DNA from: an uncultured Methanosarcinaceae archaeon
Lineage (GTDB): Archaea > Halobacteriota > Methanosarcinia > Methanosarcinales > Methanosarcinaceae
Direction of reading: 5' to 3'
Assembly (NCBI GenBank): GCA_963721455.1
Contig: CAVRJG010000015.1
Span: 96,001-160,000 of the forward strand
Length of the DNA: 64,000 nt
Part shown: positions 41,138-51,335 of the stretch, one piece after another
How the letters are laid out: the number at the start of each line of letters is the position of its first letter
Numbering within the stretch: position 1 is the first letter of the stretch
Program-made: the position numbers and the translations under genes
The notes under the pieces: generated by a model
Told to the model about the DNA's origin: nothing
The model's input: the letters and a program-made list of their open reading frames with translations, nothing else
Databases searched by the model: none

Positions 41138-43120
41138 TCAAACCATGCCCCTACGCCTTTCACTTCTGTATTCTTCAAAGAGGCTCTGCAGTTCATCCTC
41201 CTTGGCTTTGTGTCGCTTTTTCTCGGACTCTTTTTCCCAGGCAGCGATTGCAACTTCAAGGCTTTCCGGCTCTGCCATTGCAAAGTCTTCAGCCCTTTCA
41301 AGCGGGATGCCCCTTAAGACCGGCACATCCCCTTTGAAGAAGGTTTCCTCTGCCGCATGCGAAATGTCCTCAGGGATAAGTACGGCCCGGACGGATGCTT
41401 CTACAAGGATCTGGGCTGTTGCAGCCCCGCCACCGCTTGGGTTCTCCAGGAAAACTACGTCTCCTGCCTTGAGCCCGTATTTTTCTTTTGTTTCGGCAAT
41501 CGACTCCCTCGTAAAAGCAGCAATAACCTTTACAGCAGTACCTTCGCCCCGGACTTCCATTTTCTGGATTTTGCGCAGCTTATTGCTCCTGCGCCTGAGT
41601 TCTTTTACGGTTTTGTTTTTATGGCTGAGCTCTTTTTTCAGGCTCTCTATAGTACCTTCCCTGATCTGGATTTCTTTTGATTTCCGGACTTCACTGTAAG
41701 CTTCCTTTTTGAAGCTGTTCAGCCTTGATTCAAGTTTTGAAATTTTCCGGTCTTTTGCAACCAGTTCCTCTTTTAAATCCTCAAGGTATTCCTGCAGGTT
41801 CTGAATCTGTTCTCCCTGCCGCTGGATAGTTTCCCTCATTTTAAGGAGGGATTCATCGACCGCCCTTTCTTCCGGCTTTTCGGGACGCTCTCTTGCCCTC
41901 GGTTTTTCAGCCTCGCCTGATGCCCGAACTTTTTCGATTGCAGCTTCTATCGAGTCTCCGCTAATTACATGGAGCTTTATCAGCTCAAGGTCTGCGTTCT
42001 GTGGAGCTTTCTTTTCAATCCGGGTAAAGATATTCTTGTAGCTCCTGTAGGTGAGAAGAGCCGCAGTCAAAGCATCCCTTTCATGGTCATTGGAATAGCC
42101 GAAAGTCTTTCCAAGGGCAATTTTTTCCTCGGCAGAAACCTCAATTCCAGGGCTTGCAGGAACTGCATTGAAGCTTCGCCTGATTTTTTCGACCGAGCCT
42201 GGCATTGGAGTAACATCACTGGCGATAACTGCAGGTTTTCCGTATTCGGCAATAAGCTTGACAACTTCATCAGGAGCTATTCCCCTGAAGCTTTTCAGGT
42301 AGAGAAGGTCTCCATCCAGAGAGAGAATGGCTATGCCCACGGTTGTTCCGGGATCGATTCCGACGATTGTAAATTTACGCCTCGGGTTCTTCTGTTTAAG
42401 GGGAACATAACGAATTTTGTCTCGTTCGACGCTTCTTACACTTACCTGAGCATCGCTGCTTGCCATAGGATGTATTGGTATCTCCCCGCGCTTTGCATAG
42501 ACAGTAAATTCAGACCTGACATATCCTCCGAACCCTTTTACATTTATGGCTTCGAATTTGATGCTTTTTTCCCGCGAGAGATCTTTAAGGACATTTTCAA
42601 TCTCCCTGCTCCTTTGCAGTACAGCTCCATGTACCTTCCTGCAGTACCGATTCTGGCTCCAGCCTCCCCGGCCCAGGGAACGGGCTCTGCTGACCTTGAT
42701 CTTAGTAATATCTTCAAAAAGAGAAACCTCATGTCCAATCCCAAGGTCTGCCAGGCGGGCACATGCTTCGGCTTCATCATTCGGATTTGCGGGGTCGAAA
42801 GAAAACCCGTGCTTTCGTGCAATCCGGACAAGCGGTTCAGGATGTAGCCCGCCTGTGACCTGGACAAGTTTAACGCCGTCAGGAAGGCGTTCCATAAGAG
42901 AAAGAAGCTCGCGTCTGTCGGCAGCAAGCTCGAAAATGTTGTCAACGGCTATTATCTCCGGCCTGTCCCTCTGGATCATATTAAAGATCTTCTGGCGGCG
43001 GAGCATACTTTGATGGGAAACTTCGCCGTCCTTAAGGATAGCAAGCGCATACCTGGGAAGTTCCCTTGCCCTGGGGGAGCCCCGGGAAATATCGATTCCA
43101 TATATAATCCTATTTTGCAT
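41138..43120 (-). CDS. DUF460 protein (RNase H-like domains plus coiled coil)
   Basis: IYGIDI, GGWSQNRY, IVGIDPGTTVG, HERDAL, long coiled coil. Confidence 0.88.
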   Translation of the reverse strand: MQNRIIYGIDISRGSPRARELPRYALAILKDGEVSHQSMLRRQKIFNMIQRDRPEIIAVDNIFELAADRRELLSLMERLPDGVKLVQVTGGLHPEPLVRIARKHGFSFDPANPNDEAEACARLADLGIGHEVSLFEDITKIKVSRARSLGRGGWSQNRYCRKVHGAVLQRSREIENVLKDLSREKSIKFEAINVKGFGGYVRSEFTVYAKRGEIPIHPMASSDAQVSVRSVERDKIRYVPLKQKNPRRKFTIVGIDPGTTVGIAILSLDGDLLYLKSFRGIAPDEVVKLIAEYGKPAVIASDVTPMPGSVEKIRRSFNAVPASPGIEVSAEEKIALGKTFGYSNDHERDALTAALLTYRSYKNIFTRIEKKAPQNADLELIKLHVISGDSIEAAIEKVRASGEAEKPRARERPEKPEERAVDESLLKMRETIQRQGEQIQNLQEYLEDLKEELVAKDRKISKLESRLNSFKKEAYSEVRKSKEIQIREGTIESLKKELSHKNKTVKELRRRSNKLRKIQKMEVRGEGTAVKVIAAFTRESIAETKEKYGLKAGDVVFLENPSGGGAATAQILVEASVRAVLIPEDISHAAEETFFKGDVPVLRGIPLERAEDFAMAEPESLEVAIAAWEKESEKKRHKAKEDELQSLFEEYRSERRRGMV

Positions 43121-43487
43121 GAATATCTATATTTTATTTTTTATAGAATATATATTTAACTGCATCCGTTTTTTACCACTTAGCTCATTATTAATAAGGT
43201 TTTTTTAGGTTTGTTTTCCACACGGTTAAGAAAAATGGATGCATAAAAAAAGATGGATACGTAAGAAAAGATAGATACATCCCAAATTATTCTTACCAGC
43301 GAGGATTACAATAAAGCAAGTTCCAATAAGCAAGTTCCAATTCAGTCCCGCAGATACTAACCTGTTTCAAAATTGACTGCATAAGAATTTGATTCCTCAG
43401 CGGCTCAATTTTAGAGGTTTCTTCTTATCTGCTTTTAATGGTAACAAAAATTTGATTTATCAGAGACAAAAAATGTACAAAAAAATG

Positions 43488-43512
43488 GGATGAGAGGTTT
43501 AATCTCTCATCC
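43488..43512. terminator. Hairpin downstream of the surface protein gene
   Basis: GGATGAGAG-gtttaat-CTCTCATCC, followed by T-run on the minus strand. Confidence 0.55.
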
Positions 43513-43548
43513 GTTGTGTTTCACGTCAAACCCGGTGTTTCGCCTTTT

Positions 43549-46445
43549 TTATTTTCTTTTATGCAGGAATACCGTAAGAAGGCAAGCTATCCCGGAAATC
43601 ATTTCAAATCCTGGTATGCCTGTAATTTTTCCCTGCTCGGATTCCTGTCCAGGTTTTTGTTCCTGTTGAACTTCCGATGATGCGTTATTCTGTTTGATAT
43701 CCTGAGTGTTGGTTTCAGTTCCTGATTCTTTTTCTACTGGTTTACCTGTTATTGCAAAGAACGAGAATCCTGGCGTTTGTGCCGTGTAGTACAGGTACTT
43801 ATCGTCTTCTCTTAACAGGGTTACTGGCAGTTGTGACCAATTTTTATCGCTGTACCTGTTGAGAGTGATTGAAGCCTGGTCAATCTTTTTCTCCTGTACC
43901 CAGGACTTTTCAATCTTGAAGCATACGACAGGGTTTTCTATATTGCTTGAAGTGGCATATCCTCCGTTTCCGACCCAGAGGTTAAAGTACTTGTAAACCT
44001 CTCCCGAACTCAGCTCTGAGACCAGGGTTGATTTTCCTTTGAGTTGTTCAGCAATGGTTGTGGTCTTGCCTGCAGTCTTCTTTGCATCAAAACCCACGTA
44101 AACAACACAGGTAGCATTTTTTGTGAAATCAAACTTTACAGGTTTTCCGTTTGAGATAAATGTCTGCGAGATTTCCTTTACCTCAACATTTTTTGCAGGT
44201 TCAGGGGAACCGCCGCCCCCACCGCTGCTGTGGCTGCTTCCTCCACTGCTGCTGCCGCTTGAGCTGCTTTCTTGCAGTACAGTTATCGTAGAGAGTTTTG
44301 AGGCAGTTCCTTTTGCATTGCTTACTGTCAGGTTAACGGTATAGGTTCCGGGAGCCGTGTATATATAAACGAAGCTCGCTTCTGTGGACTCAATAGTTCC
44401 GTCGTTGCCAATATCCCAGCTCCTTGATGTTGCATATTGTGAAAGATCTGTAAACTGGACTGAGAGAGGGGCAACACCCTGTATAGTATTGCTGTTGAAG
44501 TTTGCAATAGGAAGTACGTTATTGTTGTTCTCGCGGACCTTCTTAACGAATAGGTAGTACCTGAGTTCATTGACAGGAGTGTCAGCGACCCTGAAGTACA
44601 ATCCCTGAACGATTTCCTGATCAGAGTCCCTTGTTAGAGTGAAGGCATCCTTATTGGAGATGCTAAGGGTTGTACCGTTGATGTTAACATTATTGAGTTT
44701 GCCGAATTCATCGTCAGACTCTATGGTCATGGCGTTTGCGTAGTCAATGAGCCAGACACCTTCGATCTGGACAATACTGCCGACTGCATCCTGGAAGACC
44801 TGGTCGACGTGGATTTTCAGGACAACTACATCGTCTTCGCCCTGGATTCCATCAAGTTCGACTTCCCAGGTGCTTTGTGTATTGTTAACGACTTCAATGA
44901 TTTCTTCGTCAACTAATTCTCCGTCCTTGCTGAACTCGAGCCAGACTTTCTTACCATCGACATCTACCTGCCTGGCTTTAATAGCATAGCCCTGGCCGAG
45001 GTCGAGTTTTTCGCCGGTTTTGAGGACGTACCTGTCATTGCTGTCAAGGATGAGCTTTGCAAGCTTGTCAGCTTTGGCAGGTTTAATCGGGATGTATTTT
45101 TCTGCGAAGAAACCAATCAAGCTGTAGTTGTCCCAGCCAGCAGCTGCATTTTCATATTCGTATGAAGCCGGCTTGATCTGGGTATTGTAAACGAGACCGC
45201 CAACTGGAATCACGTTTCCGTTAATGCCAGAAACACTAAGGGATTCTGTGGAGATGTTGTCTTTAATATCATAGTAGAAGCCTGCAAAGTTAGCTGCAGT
45301 CCAGATGAAGTTACCGGTTCCGGAGGCAACCTGACCTCTGATTTCATAGGTTTCAATTTCATAGGTTTCAGTATCTGTGATTTGTTTAAAGACATAGAAT
45401 CTGAGTGTATCGCCGCCAGTGTCAACGACCCTGAAGTACAATCCCGGAGCGATTTCCTGATCAGAGTCCCTTGTTAGAGTGAAGGCATCCTTATTGGAGA
45501 TGCTAAGGGTTGTACCGTTGATGTTAACATTATTGAGTTTGCCGAATTTATCGTCAGACTCTATGGTCATGGCGTTTGCGTAGTCAATGAGCCAGACACC
45601 TTCGATCTGGACAATACTGCTGACTGCATCCTGGAAGACCTGGTTGACATGGACTTTCAGGACAACTACATCGTATTCGCCCTGGATGCCATCAAGTTCG
45701 ACTTCCCAGGTGCTTTGTGTATTGTTAGCGACTGAGATGATTTCATCATCGACATATTTTCCGTCCTTGCTGAACTGCGAGCCAGACTTTCTCACCGGCT
45801 GCATCGACCTGCTTGGCTTCGAGAGAATAGCCCTGCCCGAGGTCAAGGGTTTCGCCGATTCTGATAGTGTACTTGTCGTCGCTGTCAAGAACTAGCTTGA
45901 CAAGCTTGCTGGCGTCGGTAAGTTTGAGCGGGATGTACTTATCTCCGAAGAAACCGATGACAGGATATGTGCCCCAGCCGACAGATGCGTTTTCGTATTC
46001 GTATGCAACAGGCCGGATCTGGGTTTGGTAGATGAGACCGCCCTCTCCGATGACATTGCCTTGAGTGCCCGCAACATCTGTAATGGAAAGAGATTCGCTT
46101 GCCACGTTATTTTTATGGTCGTAGTAGAATGCTGCAAATTGAGAATGCATCTATTTTAAGTGTGTTACCATCGCCATAGTTATCGATAATATGGTCGATA
46201 TCAGAGCCATCGAACACAGGACCGCTGACCTCAAAGTTATCGTTTATGGGAAAAGCGGTAGTGTATGGACTTTCTATTATTACAGAGGTAGTGTTGTTGT
46301 TCGCGTTCGAAATATATGCATATGGCCCCTTGACCAAAGAATTTTGTACAGAAGCTGACGATACCGTAGACGACACGAGAATTAAAAATAAAACCAAGGC
46401 TATTGAAGCTAGGGCTATTGAATATGACTTATCCCCATTTTTCAT
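43549..46445 (-). pseudogene. Cell-surface protein: signal peptide, two S-layer (DUF1608) domains, PKD, PGF-pre-PGF, PGF-CTERM; two +1 frameshifts (~46145, ~45778)
   Basis: Three ORFs join as KIDA/SQFAAFYYD and KVWL/EFSKDG; PKD GVAPLSVQFTD..YTVNLTVSN; C-terminal IPGFEM..TM..HKRK. Confidence 0.88.
44581..45785. repeat. Intragenic direct repeat, about 360 bp at 840-bp spacing
   Basis: Lines 44581-44945 and 45421-45785 are nearly identical. Confidence 0.9.
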
Positions 46446-46997
46446 TTATTTCTCCTTCTTTGTCTTTCACTTATTTATTATTTAAAAAATGTTAATACTG
46501 AATACTTTTTAATAATCTTTAAACCTTTTCTTTCGAATCTCAGCCACACAGAAATTCCCTAAATTGAGAGAATTTGTCCAGGAACAGGGGTTGAATCAAA
46601 GCGAATCTACGTAAAAATATCAGGAATTTCGGCACAAAAAACGTAAAAGAGAAACCTTGAGAATAACAAACGAACTAAAAAAGTTAAGGATTCAGAGAAT
46701 TTAAAAAAAGCAGCAATCGGTTTTTGCAGAGCTATTTTACATCTATCTCGCTTGTCTTTGTACTCTGACCAGTTTCATTTGTCGCTACAAATGTTACTGC
46801 ATATTTTCCTGTTACAGAATAAGTATGCGGAATTCTGATGGGTTGAATTAGCTCCGTCTCCAGAGCCCAGCTCAAAGAAACTGCATTTTCCGAATAATCG
46901 GCAAATTGGACTGAGAGAGGAACATAACCCTCGATGACATTGCTACTGAAGAGTAGAGGACTTTAATTCTTATTATTTAGTCCGGCATGAAAGGAAC

Positions 46998-48122
46998 TTA
47001 ATCTTTATCTGAAGGCTCTTTTTTAGAGGTAACTTTTTCGGAATCCTTTATTTCAAATTCTTCGGCTCTCAAATTCTTCTGCTTCGGAACCCTCGCTTCA
47101 AAGTTTTCTGCCTCAAAACCCTCTTCCTCAGGACTCTCTTCTTCAAGACTCTCTTCTTCGAAAGCCCTTTTCTCTACAGTACCGTCTTCGCTCCTACTAT
47201 CTGCATCTCCTTTTTTATCCTCTGCACTTTTCTCTGCCCCACTTTTAACTTCACTGACTGTTTCACTAAGTTCCCTTTTAATTCCGTATTTCCGGTAGAA
47301 ATGAGTAAGGATATTCGAAATATCCCTTTCGAGAATTTCATCAGCTTGAGGATGTTCTGGAGTGATGTACTGGGGCCAGTCAATAAGCTGGACGCCATCT
47401 TCTGAAACAAATACATTGTACTCGCTTAAATCGGCATGGATGATTCCCATTGAATAGGTGATTTTCACCTGCCTGAGAATCTCATCAAGATACCATTCAG
47501 GGACAAGAAGTTTTGTTTTTGAGAGGAGGCTGCCTTTTGCAAGCTCCATTACTATCGCGTGCCTGTTCTGGTCAAAGGGTTTCGGGATTGAGACCCTCGG
47601 GTACAGTGTGGTCATAATCTCGTACTCCCGCTGGGCAGCAAGCCGGGCAGCGTAAATCCAGGAAAAGTGTTCTCTTTCCCCTATGTGCTCACGTACTCTC
47701 TTTATCTGCTTGAAGCTGGTCCTGCCTTCCCTGTGAAACTTAATTATAACCGGAACAGGCCCCCCAATTGCAAGTTCAGGCTGCCGGATTGCTTCAAAGA
47801 TAACTGATTCCTTTCCTACCCCGACTTCATCCCCTATTGCACTGATAGTTTTTCTCTTGACAAAGGCGTTTATGGCAAGGACATCGTATCCTTCGAAGTA
47901 AATCTGGAAACCTTCATAAGGCTGGGTGTTCCTGACCACAAGCTTATCCCGCACAAGCTTTTTTAGCCTGTATTCCAGTTTATCGAAGGGCAGCTTGGTG
48001 TATTTATTCAATTCTTCCATGGGCACCCATTCAAAATGCTTCATTCCGGTCTCGATGCCAGTCAGGATCCTGAAATCCTTTGAGTTAAGCTCCTTGAAAA
48101 CCCTTAGCGCTTCTTCGATCAT
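46998..48122 (-). CDS. rio2: RIO2 atypical protein kinase with acidic low-complexity tail
   Basis: N-terminal wHTH, GVGKES, IKFHREG, IIHADLSEYN, IDWPQ. Confidence 0.92.
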   Translation of the reverse strand: MIEEALRVFKELNSKDFRILTGIETGMKHFEWVPMEELNKYTKLPFDKLEYRLKKLVRDKLVVRNTQPYEGFQIYFEGYDVLAINAFVKRKTISAIGDEVGVGKESVIFEAIRQPELAIGGPVPVIIKFHREGRTSFKQIKRVREHIGEREHFSWIYAARLAAQREYEIMTTLYPRVSIPKPFDQNRHAIVMELAKGSLLSKTKLLVPEWYLDEILRQVKITYSMGIIHADLSEYNVFVSEDGVQLIDWPQYITPEHPQADEILERDISNILTHFYRKYGIKRELSETVSEVKSGAEKSAEDKKGDADSRSEDGTVEKRAFEEESLEEESPEEEGFEAENFEARVPKQKNLRAEEFEIKDSEKVTSKKEPSDKD

Positions 48123-48180
48123 CTTGATATTACATATAGACCTCGATATTTAAATAATAGCTCTAAGGCCCGAGTTTCGC

Positions 48181-48262
48181 TTCCCGAATTGCGCCTCGCC
48201 CGAATTGCGCCTCGGGAGTACGCGGTCCGTTTCACTCGCTTCGCTCGCTCAAGCGGACTAAT
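48181..48262. repeat. REP-like intergenic element
   Basis: 16-bp tandem CCCGAATTGCGCCTCG x2, then hairpin GTCCG..(CACTCGCTTCGCTCGCTC)..CGGAC. Confidence 0.6.
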
Positions 48263-48951
48263 TTAGGGGCAGGTAAAATTGTATTCAACTCGCTCAGGGG
48301 GCGAATTTATAAAATAGTGTAATAAGCTGTCGGCGGCTGTAAGACATGGAATATAGGACACGTGGGCACAGATCTTTCCGTGATTTCAGTTTTTTCCGTG
48401 TAGAGTATAGAATAGATTGAGTTTTCCCGTGCCCTCTATCGTATAGACAACGAAGCAGGTTAGAATCCCTGAAAGTACCTGCAACCCGAAATAAAGAAAT
48501 GCAGGCATAGCTTTTTCATAACTGCGGAAGTTATAGAGTTTTGAGTGAATAAAGTGTAGATATTTCCATTCAAAGTTGAGTCTTGAGTATTAGGACTGAC
48601 CTTCGATTTACAAATATCCTTAAAACTGGTAGGGTAGGCGTAGAATCTCTATCGAGTTCGGCATTGTAGTTATATGGATGAGACCAAGCATAGATATTTT
48701 GTGACGTCTATCCCAAGCCTTCTACGTGCGTATGGATACCCTTTCTAGGAGCCTCCGCAGCCCTCGTATACACCCTTCCAAGGCATTTATATCTCCCAGA
48801 TTCTTGACAATTGATTCTATCGCCAAACATCCAATCACCGGAACGATACAGATCGCCTGCAGGATATATAGAAAAATACATCTAGAAATACACATATCCG
48901 GCAAGCTCCGGTCTTTCCTGGCTGTTGTGCTCCCCTTTTGTCTTTTGTCGC

Positions 48952-50016
48952 TTATGGATGAAGGAAAGAGACCACGACCATTATTCCGTATGTTCCCAGA
49001 AGCTGTAATCCTTCAAACCAGTTGCTTTTGCCGTCTTCGATGATGGATTTGACCATAAGGACGGCAGAGACTATGCAAGCAAGTTCGAAGGTGGTGAAAA
49101 TCAGATTCATCGGTGTCTCGAAGAAATAACTTGTAAACACCAGGACCGGCACGACAAACATAGCTATTTGAGTTGTCGAGCCGATTGCGATCTGGAGCGA
49201 CAGATCCATCCGGTTCTTGATGGCGATTGTGATGGCTGAGACGTGTTCCGCAGCGTTTCCGATAATTGCTATGAAAATCATACCTATGAACAGTTCCGTC
49301 CAGCCGAGGCTTTCAGCCAGCGGTTCTATGGAGCCGACCAGAATTTCACTCATAACAGCAACTGCAACGGTTGACGCGAGAAGAACCGCAACAGATTTTT
49401 TGACGCTCCATTTGGCAATGCACTCTGCCGTGTCAGCAGTGTATAAATGCTTGTGGGTGTGAAGCGAGAAAAGCAGGCTCGCAAGATACGAAACGGCCAT
49501 AATGATCGAAACTGCAATGCTCAAGGTCTCGACCGTCGAGGCTGAAGGATCTTCTGAAGTCAGAACGAAGACAGCCGGCATGACAATAGCGGCAGTTGCA
49601 AGAAACAGAGTTGAGGCGCTTGCCCTTGCTGCTGTCGTATTGAATTCCTGTTCATTTTTTCCGAGACCTCCGAAGAAAAACGCCATACCCAAAATCAAAA
49701 GCAGGTTTCCAATGATGGAGCCCGTAATGGACGCCTTTACCATTTCAGTAAGTCCTGCTTGCAGGGCAAAAAAGCTTATGATTAATTCTGTTGCGTTCCC
49801 AAAGGTGGCGTTTAACAACCCACCCAGCGCTGGACCGGTATGTGCTGAAATCTCCTCTGTCGATTCACCTATATATTTCGCAAGAGGTAAGATCGCAAGC
49901 GAAGCTAAAATAAAAATTGCTAGGGGCGAAGAGTGTATATATTCTGCAAACAGACTTAGCGGTACAAAGATAAGAAGGACTTTGAAAGCCTTTTCCAGTA
50001 TTTTTGTTTTTTCCAT
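48952..50016 (-). CDS. cax: Ca2+/H+ antiporter (CaCA family)
   Basis: LNATFGNATE and IIGNAAEH alpha-repeats; SNWFEG. Confidence 0.93.
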   Translation of the reverse strand: MEKTKILEKAFKVLLIFVPLSLFAEYIHSSPLAIFILASLAILPLAKYIGESTEEISAHTGPALGGLLNATFGNATELIISFFALQAGLTEMVKASITGSIIGNLLLILGMAFFFGGLGKNEQEFNTTAARASASTLFLATAAIVMPAVFVLTSEDPSASTVETLSIAVSIIMAVSYLASLLFSLHTHKHLYTADTAECIAKWSVKKSVAVLLASTVAVAVMSEILVGSIEPLAESLGWTELFIGMIFIAIIGNAAEHVSAITIAIKNRMDLSLQIAIGSTTQIAMFVVPVLVFTSYFFETPMNLIFTTFELACIVSAVLMVKSIIEDGKSNWFEGLQLLGTYGIMVVVSFLHP

Positions 50017-50230
50017 TTTAACGAACCTCCTCTGCCACTTGGCAAAGTGTTACCATAAGGCAACTTCGAGTCCCAGCCTTTTTCATCGTATTTGTCAATA
50101 ACAAGGCTGAGAGATATTTTTTCTCCCTCAGGCCAAATAGGGAGGAACGGGAACCGAAGGAGCTTCCTGTAAAGCTATAGAATAATACATTATTTTTCAT
50201 CTATGCTACTTCTACTTTTTTCGAAGAATC

Positions 50231-50686
50231 TCATAGCTTATCTGAGAGTTTCTTACCCAACCAGTAAATCTTGATCTGGAATTCGTCAAACTCGTGAATA
50301 AGCCATTTCATTTCTGAGTTATCTGCTGCCGTGTTAATCTTTCGATTGAAGTTGATCGTATGAAAGGTTGTAATACCCATACCTGAGCACCTGTTTATTT
50401 TCACTCCGATCCGGGCAATGAGAGAACATTCGTTGATACGTACCTGCCAATAACTGGTGCTATCTCCAAATACGCTTCGGGCTTCCTGTTCCTCTACTGG
50501 GGTAAGACTTCGGGTATTAGACTTAACAGCTTGCCATAACGAATCCATTGCTTCCGGGAAAGCATAGAAGTTGAGAACTTTTGCAATAATCCGGCCGGTC
50601 CGTGCAGCAAAAGACAATAGGCCATACCACATCCATTTGCAGAAGTCCTGTTCTCCCTGCGAAATCCGGATTTTGAAAGCTTTCAA
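50231..50686 (-). pseudogene. Truncated DUF4157-like (zincin-related) fragment
   Basis: LTPVEEQEARSVFGDS..VRI..ITTFHTINF..WLIHE; the expected HExxH is broken (HEFDE). Confidence 0.5.
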
Positions 50687-51335
50687 AGCATCACCTGTTT
50701 TAGAAGTGTTTTTCCCGGTCTCTCTGTCTTTCCGATTTATAAATATACATATTACAAAAATATCTGGGAAACTGAATAGAAAATTTATACATTCCAGGAA
50801 AATATATAGCTCGGAAACACAGGAAGTTACGAAAAATTTATTCTATGGCAGGCTACTGTTTGCTGTAGCTAGGACTCTATTTTTGGGCACTATCTTTTCT
50901 TAATTTTTGTCGTTTTCTTCAGTTAACTCATACAATTATATTTATAAATAATATTAAATAGCATCGAATACAATTATTAGATCCAATCAATATTTTATTA
51001 CTCACTTTGTTGAAGTTTAGCAAAGTGAGTGATTGGGTGGGTATTATAAATTTATCGTTATTTGGTAATCACCTGAACTATTAATGATTACAGGTGCCTA
51101 ACCTACCATATTTTACAGATTTTAAACTATATATTTTTCCACTGTACCCGCGTGTTCTGGATAAATATATATATCATTAATTCAAAGCCGTAATAAATTT
51201 TATCGGTACATACTTTTTGCATCAGCATACAGATGTATCGTATTTATGGGGAATAACGATATGTAATTGGGTAACTATATATCTGAAAACAAATGGGGAA
51301 TTATATTAAATTACTTTGAGTCTGGGGGGAATTAA

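Noticed and set aside
40397-43013. Long antisense ORFs (40397-41095, 41969-42847) and similar shadows throughout the window
   Set aside because: They overlap well-supported genes on the opposite strand and have no motifs.
48460-48904. 60-aa ORF ending in TAG with an open frame beyond it (possible pyrrolysine readthrough)
   Set aside because: No recognisable family in either part; most likely decayed sequence.
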